Below are positions 47,653-57,464 of a stretch of 64,000 nucleotides of DNA, piece after piece. Source of the stretch: a virus. Made by a program: the position numbers and the translations under genes. The stretch lies in IMG/VR virus record IMGVR_UViG_3300013131_000021, one strand, 5' to 3'. Every line of letters starts with the position of its first letter. The first letter of the stretch is position 1. The notes under the pieces are model-generated. The model was given only the letters and a program-made list of their open reading frames with translations. It searched no databases and was not told where the DNA came from.

Positions 47653-48054
47653 ATGGACATTAAGGATACCTACACTAAGGTATTCTTGCAGGCTGCAAAC
47701 ATAGATATATCAGACGAAAAAAAAGTAAAAGAATATAAAGCAGCTTGGTGGTGGAGTTTTAGAAATAAACACAATGGTGGACTTCGACTTACCGAACAGG
47801 CAATTAATTTTATAGAAGAATATTCTAAGATCAAGACCTATAAGATTGATTTCCCTAATGAGTTTTCCTATACCGCTCAAATCTTAATTTGGCTAGACCA
47901 ATACTTAGATACCCCTTATTTCATAGACAAAAAATACATAATTGTATTACGAGAAAAATCAGCATTTGAGTTATATCTATTTTCTGGCGATATAAGAAAA
48001 TTAGGTCATAATAAAGCTACTAATAAACTTCTTAATCAAGAATCAAGTCTGTAA
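47653..48054 (+). CDS. Hypothetical protein
   Basis: 133-aa ORF; GGLRLT motif. Confidence 0.6.
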   Translation: MDIKDTYTKVFLQAANIDISDEKKVKEYKAAWWWSFRNKHNGGLRLTEQAINFIEEYSKIKTYKIDFPNEFSYTAQILIWLDQYLDTPYFIDKKYIIVLREKSAFELYLFSGDIRKLGHNKATNKLLNQESSL

Positions 48055-48081
48055 TTAACGCAGTACATAAATATTTTCACT

Positions 48082-48351
48082 ATGTTCGATCTAAATCCTA
48101 AAGATGTGCTAAATCAAAGAAAACTTGGATTTATGCCGCCTCATTTTTCAAAAATTAAAATAGCGGACAACGAATTCTTTGATGGAGTCGAAGAATGGGT
48201 GAAGACCAAATTAAAGGGAAGATATTGCATTGTAAGATATCCAAACTTAGATCAAAATTCTTCTTTACGTTCGTCATATTGTTTAGGTCTTGAAGATCAA
48301 AAAGAACTTACATTTTTTATGTTAGCATGTCCACATTTAAGGAGAAATTAA
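48082..48351 (+). CDS. Hypothetical protein
   Basis: TAAATA at 48068-48073 upstream. Confidence 0.55.
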   Translation: MFDLNPKDVLNQRKLGFMPPHFSKIKIADNEFFDGVEEWVKTKLKGRYCIVRYPNLDQNSSLRSSYCLGLEDQKELTFFMLACPHLRRN

Positions 48352-48587
48352 TGACAGAAGAAGTTAAAACTCAACAAGAACCAGTTGACACAACTCAGAC
48401 AGCAGATGCTGCACAACCAGCACCTGCAGGTCCTGATTTAAATGTTAGCGATTTAGTTGCTTTAAAAAACATCATAGAGATCGCAACACAAAGAGGTGCA
48501 TTTAAAGCAGCTGAACTAGAAGCAGTTGGAAAAACATTTAACAAACTTAATATGTTTTTAGATGCAGTAGCTAAAAAGGAGTCGTAA
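48351..48587 (+). CDS. Hypothetical protein
   Basis: ATG at 48351 with AGGAG RBS; RGAFKAAEL motif. Confidence 0.6.
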   Translation: MTEEVKTQQEPVDTTQTADAAQPAPAGPDLNVSDLVALKNIIEIATQRGAFKAAELEAVGKTFNKLNMFLDAVAKKES

Positions 48588-48588
48588 A

Positions 48589-49236
48589 ATGGCTGAACCA
48601 TTAAAACACGTGGGCAGGATGGGAAATACTGGAGCAAAAGTTTTGGTTGTCTTTAGAACTTTACCGGGAGAATCTAATCAGGCATTAGTGTTGCCTGTAG
48701 CCCAACTACCGGATTCTTATCATGATTCTATTATGACTTTAGTGGAAACTGATCAAGCACAAGAAGCTTTTGAGTTAGGAGAAATTATGTTTATAAGAAC
48801 TTTCCCTGATGGCAGACCTATGCTTCAAGCTATGCAAGCAGATAATCGTTTGCAAAAAGTTCCAACAGATACTGTGCTAATGACTCCCACAACTAATAAC
48901 AGCATCGTACTTTCTGATTTAAATTCTTTGATTGCAGAACAAAAGAACTGTGCTATAGATGATCTTTATACATTTGTAAAAGGTGCTCCGTCTAAAGAGC
49001 AAATTTCACAAAATAAAGAAATAACTGCTATTGAAGAAAAAGAAATCACAGTACAAGCAGAAAACAATCCATTGACAGATAAAGATCTAGCTAAATCTTA
49101 TCGAAGCCAAGCAGACTCTATGTATAAAGAAGCGGCTAGACTACGAAAACAAGCAGATGAGTTAGATCCTCCTAAAAAGAAGATTTCTGTAAAAGATAAT
49201 CCAGAAGCAGAAAAACTAGTCGCAGAGAATGCCTAA
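48589..49236 (+). CDS. Hypothetical protein
   Basis: 215-aa ORF with AAGGAG RBS and a coiled-coil C-terminus. Confidence 0.6.
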   Translation: MAEPLKHVGRMGNTGAKVLVVFRTLPGESNQALVLPVAQLPDSYHDSIMTLVETDQAQEAFELGEIMFIRTFPDGRPMLQAMQADNRLQKVPTDTVLMTPTTNNSIVLSDLNSLIAEQKNCAIDDLYTFVKGAPSKEQISQNKEITAIEEKEITVQAENNPLTDKDLAKSYRSQADSMYKEAARLRKQADELDPPKKKISVKDNPEAEKLVAENA

Positions 49237-49534
49237 GCCTTTGTTTAAACCGCCCAGGCATCTAGTTAAAGAATGGCCTGAAGTATTTGAAGATCTTTAT
49301 ATGAATACTATGCCTGTGGCGTATTTAGACTTAGTTCATCTAGAATTTGAAGATGGAAGAATCTGGGAAATAAATGTCAGAGCTGAATTAGAAAAAAGTG
49401 ATGCTGATTCTATAGCTGGTATTTTATTGAGTACTCTTCAAGAATATAAAAACGAAATAAAAAAAATTGATTTTAAAGTAGATGTCAAAAGATTAAAAAA
49501 AGACATTGGCAATTCTACAAAAGATCTTCTTTAA
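49229..49534 (+). CDS. Hypothetical protein
   Basis: 101-aa ORF; its end overlaps the convergent radical SAM gene by 20 bp. Confidence 0.55.
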   Translation: MPKPLFKPPRHLVKEWPEVFEDLYMNTMPVAYLDLVHLEFEDGRIWEINVRAELEKSDADSIAGILLSTLQEYKNEIKKIDFKVDVKRLKKDIGNSTKDLL

Positions 49535-50753
49535 AATTAAATTTAATGTTTCTATGTTTTTCAAAAAATTCTATTTTTTCTAAACACATTTTCCATAATT
49601 TAGGATTACCGGAAGTAGTTGTAATTTTTCCTAAATAACTTCTTAGCATATCTAGTCTTTGAGTATCTTTCCATAAAGACAGATAGGCTTCATTTTTATT
49701 TTCCCATTCTTTAAATTTTTCTAAAGATTTTTGTTTAATCTCTAATGGAAGATTTACAGCATCGATCCAATTTGGAGAATATACATAGTTAAACATAGGA
49801 TATGGTTCTATAGACGGTAATTTAGAAGAAATTTCTTTCATCCAATCTAAAAATTCATTAACATATAAACAATTTAATGAATTAAATGTTGAATGTATTT
49901 GAATAGAGATATTAGATTGTTTTTGCGCTATTTCATTTACTAATTCTAAATTAGAAATTAGTTTATCCCATTTCATTGGAAATCTAATAAATTCATTTAA
50001 TTCTTTATATGCATCAACACTTGCGCACAGATATACCTTTTTAAATTCTTTCCAACACTCTAGAATTTCGCTAGGTACTTTAGTTAAATTTGAATTATAA
50101 CTTAAAATAATATTTTTAGATACACCCAATTCTATAAATTTTTTCAAGAATTCTTGATGTTCAATTATTAAAGGTTCGCCACCGACAATATGTATTCTTT
50201 GCACTTTACTAATATATTGATATAGTTTTTCAAATTGTCGATGATCTTCGAACCAATCAAGTTTAATTAATCTATCATATTCCTTCATACCAATTTGATT
50301 GGTCTCTAACTGCTCCTTAAGAAATAAAGTACTGTTATATCCGTTGCACATAACACACTTTAGATTACATCGATTTCCAAATGTAATATCCAAATATAAA
50401 AATTCTGTATCTTTTATTACTCCGTTAGTATCACATTTTGATATCCAGTATTCCTCATCAGTCATTGAATTAAAACTTTCATTGAACCATTGTCTCCAAG
50501 AAATTTTTCCTTGATCTTCAATCTCCCAACATTTTTTACAACTAGGATGACGTTTATCCTCGATCATAAATTTTCTAACTTTTCTATGAAAAGAATTATT
50601 AAAATTATCCAAAACATCAAACTTAGGATCAGAAAAGTTTTTATTTTTTTGCACTTCATTCCATCCATCATTATTACAACAAATTCTTTGCTTACCTTGA
50701 TTGTCAAGGCTAAATGCTGCAAATGGATATAGACAAAAGTTTTTTCTTTTCAT
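49515..50753 (-). CDS. Radical SAM protein with an N-terminal Cys-rich (SPASM/twitch-like) region
   Basis: FCLYPF, ICCN, CKKCW, CNLKCVMC, GGEP. Confidence 0.88.
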   Translation of the reverse strand: MKRKNFCLYPFAAFSLDNQGKQRICCNNDGWNEVQKNKNFSDPKFDVLDNFNNSFHRKVRKFMIEDKRHPSCKKCWEIEDQGKISWRQWFNESFNSMTDEEYWISKCDTNGVIKDTEFLYLDITFGNRCNLKCVMCNGYNSTLFLKEQLETNQIGMKEYDRLIKLDWFEDHRQFEKLYQYISKVQRIHIVGGEPLIIEHQEFLKKFIELGVSKNIILSYNSNLTKVPSEILECWKEFKKVYLCASVDAYKELNEFIRFPMKWDKLISNLELVNEIAQKQSNISIQIHSTFNSLNCLYVNEFLDWMKEISSKLPSIEPYPMFNYVYSPNWIDAVNLPLEIKQKSLEKFKEWENKNEAYLSLWKDTQRLDMLRSYLGKITTTSGNPKLWKMCLEKIEFFEKHRNIKFNFKEDLL

Positions 50754-51709
50754 TTTTCTTTAGTTATTAAAATATCTGTGCCGCAATGGCAGTAATCTTT
50801 TTGACATATAATAGATTCGGAATTTATTTCAAATTTATGAAATATATTTCCGAGGATCGGACCTTGTCCGCAACTAGCCGCTCTCATTGTACCAGATGGT
50901 GAAATAAAGATTGATTCATTTACTTTGCATTTCCATCCTTTGAAAAAATTCCTGTTTTCAGCTACTAATCGATTACTATTTAATAATTTTTTAGATCCGT
51001 CATCGTAGTTTTCAATAGATGCAAAAGACAATTTTATATTTGGTTTTTTAACAGTAATCTTAGTTTCGAAATTATTTTTATTTAAAAATTCTGTAATTTT
51101 GGGATCTTTATATTCCCACGGAACAGCACCAATACTCATTTCTTTCAATAACGGAACCCATTCTAAATTATAATTTTTTAATTTTTCTTTTATCTCGTTG
51201 CCTAAAGAAACCATGTCTTCAAATTTTTCTTCCAGCATCATCATCCTAAGACAGAGGTAATTTATCTTATCTTGTAAAAATTCTGCGATCTCAAAGTAAT
51301 TGTTTTTATTGGCAAACTCGGGGTGATAACTAGCCACCACATCATCAAAAAGATTATAATAGTTTTTCCACCAACCTATTTTTCTGCTAAGATTTGTGTT
51401 AATTCCTAAAGTTACGTTATCTCCTAACCTTTCTTTAAAAAACTCAGACACAGGAATTAAATTTTTCCATAGCGTAGGTTCGCCTCCACTATAAAAAACT
51501 TTAAAATTAACATAATTTCTAGATTTATAATAACTTATTACATCACTTAAATTTGATAATAATATGTCTAAACCGTGTTCGTTGGTGTGCTTTCCGTTCC
51601 AGTTTCCTTCATTACAATACGAACATCTGTAATTACAAAGATTATTAACTTGCCATGTTATAGAAACGTATGGATCTTTCTCGGGTGTTATTGATATTAG
51701 ATTAGGCAT
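50750..51709 (-). CDS. Radical SAM protein with a C-terminal Cys cluster
   Basis: CNYRCSYC, SGGEP, NTNLS; C-terminal C...SCG...C...CHC. Confidence 0.88.
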   Translation of the reverse strand: MPNLISITPEKDPYVSITWQVNNLCNYRCSYCNEGNWNGKHTNEHGLDILLSNLSDVISYYKSRNYVNFKVFYSGGEPTLWKNLIPVSEFFKERLGDNVTLGINTNLSRKIGWWKNYYNLFDDVVASYHPEFANKNNYFEIAEFLQDKINYLCLRMMMLEEKFEDMVSLGNEIKEKLKNYNLEWVPLLKEMSIGAVPWEYKDPKITEFLNKNNFETKITVKKPNIKLSFASIENYDDGSKKLLNSNRLVAENRNFFKGWKCKVNESIFISPSGTMRAASCGQGPILGNIFHKFEINSESIICQKDYCHCGTDILITKEK

Positions 51710-54174
51710 ACTAACTCCGGAAATGAGTTTGAAAAATTTGTTCCTCTATGAGCATCGAGCATAGAGTTAAATTTTAAAAATTCTTGTATACTACTATTTC
51801 CATTATCGGTGGCAGTATAGTAATCATATAATCTTTGAAATACATCTTCGCTGACAAACATCTTTAAAGATTCTAAATTTTTCACAGTATTTTTAATTTG
51901 CTCTAATACATTTTTTCGAATATTTAGAGACCATACCTGTGTTCTCATATAGTTAGGATTATCTAAAAATATAGGATACCAAGACACATAACGATACCTA
52001 GAAATTTCATTGATATATTTTAAAATATCTGATATAGAATATAGATTATAAGCACTTACCACTGTATAAAATACTATCTTGATATTATTCAAATCTAATA
52101 TACTTTTAACATTATTATGAAACTCATTCCAATTGACTGGATATCGAATATAGTTAGCTTGATCTCCAATGCCGTCAATGCTGATCTGTATCTCATTATT
52201 TGGAAACTGTTTTATTAATTCTAAAAGCTCACTGTCTGCAACTGTTCCGTTGGTAGTAAAACTTACAAAACAATTTGTATTACCTGTTTTTATTAATTCG
52301 TGCAGTAAATTTCGATTCTCTTTTATTAAGGTAGGCTCGCCACCTGTTAAATAAATTCTTCCTAGATTTCCAGCAACGCTATCGATATTATTCTTATAAG
52401 TATCATTCTTAAACCATTTATTAATTTCACGAGGAATATTTAATTCCGAATTCCATAAAGAATGCAATTTACTATCCTTGGCTTCTTTAGAAAGTATGTT
52501 TATACGTTCTTCATTTACTTTACTAGAACTATACCCCCAACACGAATTACATGACAAATTACAGGTATTTCCTAATCTTAATTCGAGGCTGGTTAAATTG
52601 GACAACGGTACTTGATCCTTGATTAGAAATTCGTTAACTGAATGTACGATCTTTCTTTCTGACATATATTTTCTATTAGATTCAATCCGACTGCTACTAC
52701 CAGTTAATTGTTCATGCCGATAACAATCTTTACATTCGTTTACTTCTTCTCCCATTAACATTTTTAATCTTACATTAGATAAATGAGAACTATTCCATAT
52801 ATTTTCTATGTTATCGATACCTAGATTAAAATCTGTTTGATCAGATTTTTTTATATGAGAATTATCTCTTATATTGCAGCACAGTTTTACACTACCATCG
52901 GTGTTGCTGTTCAAATTAAAAAAAGGAAATACACAGAACGTCTTTGAATTCATTGAAGGAATTCTTAAATGATCTTCGAGCTCCGGAAATATTTCATATA
53001 TTTTTTCATCTCTTATATTATCTACAGAATCATTAACATAAGAAAACTTTTCTAATAATTTATATTTTGACTCAGGTTCTGTTTTAAGAAAATTTATAAC
53101 ACTTTCGAACTGACTAACTATTCCGTTTGAATGCTCTACTTTTTCCTTGGTCCAGTTAATTAAATCGTACCATCTGTATATTATTAGTTCTTTATTTTCT
53201 AAAACATTTGCCTGTTGTCTTGGAGGATGTGTTAAAATGTTTAATCTTATATTGTTCGGATCTAATAAATCGGTTTCAACCCATTCTTTATAAAAATCAG
53301 GAAAATGCCATACATTAAACAAACTGATCGTAGGAGTGATATGAAATCTAACACCTGGTAATAATTTTAATTTTTTTCTATTATCAACTATGTTATTCCA
53401 AACAGTGCCCTTGCGAATATATTCAGCTCTTTTACCAGAGGCATCTAAGCTGGCATAAATTTCTATATTTTTAAATTTACTCCAAATATCAAATAAATCT
53501 ATCTGTTTATACTTCAAAGTAGATAAGTTAGTGGTATACATTATTTTTACATCAAATTTTTCAAGTTCTATTAACTTAAACAATGCAGCGTAATGTTCTT
53601 CTTGCATCAAAGCTTCGCCGCCGGCGAACACTATTTCTTCAGCAGTTTCTAATGCTTGTTCATAATATTGCCAAAATTTATCTCTAGGAATCTGTATTAT
53701 TCCCGGATCTGGTTGATTTTTAAGTAATGGTATCTCTGGTCCCCATTTGCTACTAAGTTCGGGTCCGCAGGTCCTACATTTAAAATTACAAATATTGCTA
53801 AATCTAATATCTAAATATCTAACCTCGCTCATTGTTAATTTATTGGAATCGATAATCGGCTTTATGTGATGAGCAAAACTAAAATTAGTAGTTTTACGTA
53901 ATGTTTGAATTCCAGATTCCTCTAATTGATAACATCTATTACAGCCTTCGGGTTTTTGACCGTTTATCAACTCTTCTCTTAATTTTTTATAATTTTCATT
54001 ATTAACTAGATCCTCGATGTTCTCTTTATTGATATTCCCTAAAGGTTTATGAGAATCATACATACAACACGGAAATACAGAACCGTCTGGCCAAGCGTGG
54101 ATTCCAATCCACGGCTGAATACAAAATGTATCTTCGTTCATATGTGTTGTTTTCTTTTTTAAAAAATTTGTCAT
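51697..54174 (-). CDS. Tandem double radical SAM protein
   Basis: Two complete units: FCIQPW/PCC/CNRC/CNFKCRTC/GGEA and FCVFPF/LCCN/CKDC/CNLSCNSC/GGEP. Confidence 0.88.
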   Translation of the reverse strand: MTNFLKKKTTHMNEDTFCIQPWIGIHAWPDGSVFPCCMYDSHKPLGNINKENIEDLVNNENYKKLREELINGQKPEGCNRCYQLEESGIQTLRKTTNFSFAHHIKPIIDSNKLTMSEVRYLDIRFSNICNFKCRTCGPELSSKWGPEIPLLKNQPDPGIIQIPRDKFWQYYEQALETAEEIVFAGGEALMQEEHYAALFKLIELEKFDVKIMYTTNLSTLKYKQIDLFDIWSKFKNIEIYASLDASGKRAEYIRKGTVWNNIVDNRKKLKLLPGVRFHITPTISLFNVWHFPDFYKEWVETDLLDPNNIRLNILTHPPRQQANVLENKELIIYRWYDLINWTKEKVEHSNGIVSQFESVINFLKTEPESKYKLLEKFSYVNDSVDNIRDEKIYEIFPELEDHLRIPSMNSKTFCVFPFFNLNSNTDGSVKLCCNIRDNSHIKKSDQTDFNLGIDNIENIWNSSHLSNVRLKMLMGEEVNECKDCYRHEQLTGSSSRIESNRKYMSERKIVHSVNEFLIKDQVPLSNLTSLELRLGNTCNLSCNSCWGYSSSKVNEERINILSKEAKDSKLHSLWNSELNIPREINKWFKNDTYKNNIDSVAGNLGRIYLTGGEPTLIKENRNLLHELIKTGNTNCFVSFTTNGTVADSELLELIKQFPNNEIQISIDGIGDQANYIRYPVNWNEFHNNVKSILDLNNIKIVFYTVVSAYNLYSISDILKYINEISRYRYVSWYPIFLDNPNYMRTQVWSLNIRKNVLEQIKNTVKNLESLKMFVSEDVFQRLYDYYTATDNGNSSIQEFLKFNSMLDAHRGTNFSNSFPELVCLI

Positions 54175-54178
54175 AAAT

Positions 54179-55555
54179 CTATTGTTCTAAACATTCCATA
54201 TAGAAATCTTTTAAAGTTGGAAAAGTTTTTATAAAATCGGTTCCTCGTCGACGATCATATTCTGTAAACCATCGATAAAAATCTTTTTTTCCTTCATATA
54301 ACTTGTCTTCAGAATATGATGTTGTTTCCATATATTTTACAAGTCTTTTAATTTTTTCTAATTCTAATAATCCAAATTTTGTTTTATCAAGGTCTACTAC
54401 ATTATTTTCAACGAATTTAAGATTTTCTTGCATTATGGGAACAAATTTATCTTTAGGCAGTATATTAATATCATATTGTAAAGGTTCTTTTAAATACGGA
54501 ACATCAAATCTTATATTTCTAAATCTTTCATGTTCTGGATCTCTATACTTTATATATTTTGTTCTCCATTCTAAAATCTTTTCTAATAATTTTTTAAAAT
54601 TAGGAATACTTAAAATATTAACTGTTATCATTAAACTTACAGGACTGCAAGTTGTTGTAATATAAGTTTCGAGATTTTTTTCCCATACTGTTAAGTCTAA
54701 CCCAGTTCGAATATATTCAGCCTGCGGTCCCCATGTATCTATACTAGTAAAAAGTTGAAAGCTTTTGATACATTTATTATCTTTGAGATATTTGATCTTT
54801 TCTGACAATCTTTCAACTAAAATAGGTTTGACTCCGAGATTGCTGTTTATGTTTAATTCTAACTCTGGACGTGGATTCACTGCTAATTCATCTAACAACT
54901 TCCACGTACTCTGTTGCAATAATGGTTCACCGCCCGTGATTCTTAAAATTGTAAGGGTCTTACTTACTTCGGGCCACCAACGCCACCATGCATCAACATA
55001 TGGATTATTTTCTTCTTCATAAATTTTAAACCAATCTATATCATTCCTATGGTGTTTGACCATATGATAGGGGCCATGATCTTTTATTTCTTTGTAATAA
55101 CTGCTGCTATGTTTGGGATGACAATAACCGCATTTGAAATTACATTCATTACCGAAGCTAACTTCAATGTACTGAGGATTAACATTCATATCCCACTCCC
55201 CGTCTTTAATTTGTTGATATCTCTCGGGAGTGAATATAGATGCATTTCTTTCTTTTCGATCGCTAATATAGTCTTCACCTAAATTCTCTATATTCCAACA
55301 ATATTGACAACCAGATGGTTTACCTCCATTCAGCATTTCAAGACGCTCCATCTTTTTTTGACTTGTATTATGTAATGAACTAGGATCAATAGAAATTTCG
55401 TCTAAAGGAATTTTATGAGGAGCTGGATGATAGCAACTATGAGTTTCTCCAGTTTGAAGATATATAGTCGTATGATGCCATTTAGCCAAACAGAATGTTG
55501 GACTAATTTCATTCATTATAGGAATAAATTTTTTAATTCTTTCTATATCGTTCAC
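54179..55555 (-). CDS. Radical SAM protein with an N-terminal Cys-rich region
   Basis: FCLAKW, SCYH, CQYCW, CNFKCGYC, TGGEP, NSNL. Confidence 0.88.
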   Translation of the reverse strand: MNDIERIKKFIPIMNEISPTFCLAKWHHTTIYLQTGETHSCYHPAPHKIPLDEISIDPSSLHNTSQKKMERLEMLNGGKPSGCQYCWNIENLGEDYISDRKERNASIFTPERYQQIKDGEWDMNVNPQYIEVSFGNECNFKCGYCHPKHSSSYYKEIKDHGPYHMVKHHRNDIDWFKIYEEENNPYVDAWWRWWPEVSKTLTILRITGGEPLLQQSTWKLLDELAVNPRPELELNINSNLGVKPILVERLSEKIKYLKDNKCIKSFQLFTSIDTWGPQAEYIRTGLDLTVWEKNLETYITTTCSPVSLMITVNILSIPNFKKLLEKILEWRTKYIKYRDPEHERFRNIRFDVPYLKEPLQYDINILPKDKFVPIMQENLKFVENNVVDLDKTKFGLLELEKIKRLVKYMETTSYSEDKLYEGKKDFYRWFTEYDRRRGTDFIKTFPTLKDFYMECLEQ

Positions 55556-57464
55556 AAAATTGTTCCTCTAACCATTTAAAATCATTGATCTTTCTTAATT
55601 CATCAATATTGCCTCTATTGAATAAGCCGTATTCTTTTCCAGTCAATGCTCCATCTATTGCATATTCGCCGAACAGTTTATCTGAGCCTGCTGTACACCA
55701 TATATCTAATCTTTCTTCAGATTCTTTATCTATTTGACCTTGTATAGATCTAGAAGCTAGTTTTACACATTCTCTAAAAGCAGATCTCCATGTTGTAAAG
55801 CCATCGGTATTAAATCCCGTGATATTGGAAGTCGTTGGCATTGGTTTAAAAGATGAGGATATGCTAGTAGTCATGTCTGGTTTAGTCATATCCATGTTCA
55901 TAGTCAGCTTCGTCGGTAATAATTTTACACCACCATAACCGTATTCTAAATCATTTATGGGATTTCGACTCCGCCACACATGCACAGTATTTTGATCCCA
56001 TATAGCTACCTGATGTTCAAATTTAAAACCATCTACAATTTGAGCATCACCGTCGACTACCCAAAACATTTTAGTGTTAGATAAAGCTGCTGCTTTTATG
56101 TGTGCATTATGAATTCCGGTAATTCCATGCACTCTCTTAACATCTGGATACTTAGATTTAAGTGCTACAAAATTTTCATCTGCATTAGGTTCCTGGTAGC
56201 TAATAAAAACGATATCAAATTTCTTAGGAATACTCGAGTCTATATCAACTTCAACTTTATCTGTAAAAAATCTAAATTCTATTTCTTTTCTAGAATATAC
56301 GGTTTTCTTAGGCATTAAACAAATGCCGTCGTAATAATTTTTATTTTTAAAAACGTGAACCAAATGTTGATTATAAGTGGGCACTTGATAATCAAATTTA
56401 AAAGTTGACAATATTTCTAAATCATTCCAGACTGCCCAGAACATATCGCTCCGGCACTCATTTTCTGCTTTAAGATATTCTTCATAGTCATTAATATAGA
56501 AAATATCAAAAGTCTTAGGATCGCTCAAATTCTTGTCAACTTCTATTTTATCTATAAAAAATCTAAACTCTATTTCTTTTCTAGAATAAATTTTAGATTT
56601 TGGCAACAGGCAAATGCCGTCGTAATAATTTTTATTTTTAAAAACGTGAACCAAATGTTGATTATAAGTGGGCACTTGATAATCGAATTTAAAATCTTTT
56701 TTAACTTCTATGTTATCCCAAACAGCCCAGAACATGTTAGTTTTAGAATTGCCGACTGCCGTCAGATAGTCGTCATAAGACTTTAAATTGTATATGTTGT
56801 ATTCGAGCGGATGACTAGCTACTATATCGATTTCTTTCTTTTCAGTAAAAAATCTATGTTCAAATTCTTTTTTTGAAACTAACTTATGTTTTGGAAACAA
56901 ACAAACGCCATCATAATGTTCACCGTTTTTAAACACATGATTTATATTTTTATGAAATAAATCATAATAAGGAATATAATAATTAAACTCAAAATTATCA
57001 GCTATAATAATATCATTCCATACGCACCAGAACATGTCTGTGGTCGATTTTTCAGCTGCTTGTAAATATTCTTCATAAGTGTCGATATAAAATTTATCAT
57101 ATGCCTTAGGAACAGATGCTTGTATATCGATTTCTTTCTTTTCAGTAAAAAATCTATGTTCAAATTCTTTTTTTGAAACTAACTTATGTTTTGGAAACAA
57201 ACAAACGCCATCATAATGTTCACCGTTTTTAAACACATGAACATACATGTCATCCCATTTAGTAGCTTTATACTCTGATAGGTTGAATGACGTTAATTTT
57301 ATGTCGTCCCAGATAACCCAGAACATTTTTGTAAAAGACTTTGATCGTATGTCTTCGTAAGATCGTATGTTTGTAAGCCGCTGAGCAAGAGGATACTTAG
57401 ACTTTATTTCAGTCCAGTCTTTGGTATTTCCTTCGCCCTTCGAAACATAAAAAATGTCATACAT
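55533..57464 (-). CDS. Five-module glycosyltransferase-like protein
   Basis: Four ~97-120-aa modules containing MFWxVW and DG(V/I)CL, then a terminal GT-A-like domain (FISYQEPNA, MFWVVDGD). Confidence 0.6.
   Translation of the reverse strand: MYDIFYVSKGEGNTKDWTEIKSKYPLAQRLTNIRSYEDIRSKSFTKMFWVIWDDIKLTSFNLSEYKATKWDDMYVHVFKNGEHYDGVCLFPKHKLVSKKEFEHRFFTEKKEIDIQASVPKAYDKFYIDTYEEYLQAAEKSTTDMFWCVWNDIIIADNFEFNYYIPYYDLFHKNINHVFKNGEHYDGVCLFPKHKLVSKKEFEHRFFTEKKEIDIVASHPLEYNIYNLKSYDDYLTAVGNSKTNMFWAVWDNIEVKKDFKFDYQVPTYNQHLVHVFKNKNYYDGICLLPKSKIYSRKEIEFRFFIDKIEVDKNLSDPKTFDIFYINDYEEYLKAENECRSDMFWAVWNDLEILSTFKFDYQVPTYNQHLVHVFKNKNYYDGICLMPKKTVYSRKEIEFRFFTDKVEVDIDSSIPKKFDIVFISYQEPNADENFVALKSKYPDVKRVHGITGIHNAHIKAAALSNTKMFWVVDGDAQIVDGFKFEHQVAIWDQNTVHVWRSRNPINDLEYGYGGVKLLPTKLTMNMDMTKPDMTTSISSSFKPMPTTSNITGFNTDGFTTWRSAFRECVKLASRSIQGQIDKESEERLDIWCTAGSDKLFGEYAIDGALTGKEYGLFNRGNIDELRKINDFKWLEEQFCERYRKN
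56320..57240. repeat. Two pairs of exact internal repeats: 74 bp (56320-56393 / 56611-56684) and 118 bp (56823-56940 / 57123-57240)
   Basis: Direct base-by-base comparison; spacings of 291 and 300 bp, both in frame. Confidence 0.85.

Noticed and set aside
49515-55555. RiPP biosynthetic cluster interpretation of the radical SAM array
   Set aside because: The genes abut or overlap with no precursor peptide, RRE/PqqD domain, protease or transporter nearby.
55533-57464. Diversity-generating retroelement template/variable repeat pair
   Set aside because: The repeats are exact rather than adenine-mismatched, lie in frame within one gene, and no reverse transcriptase is present.
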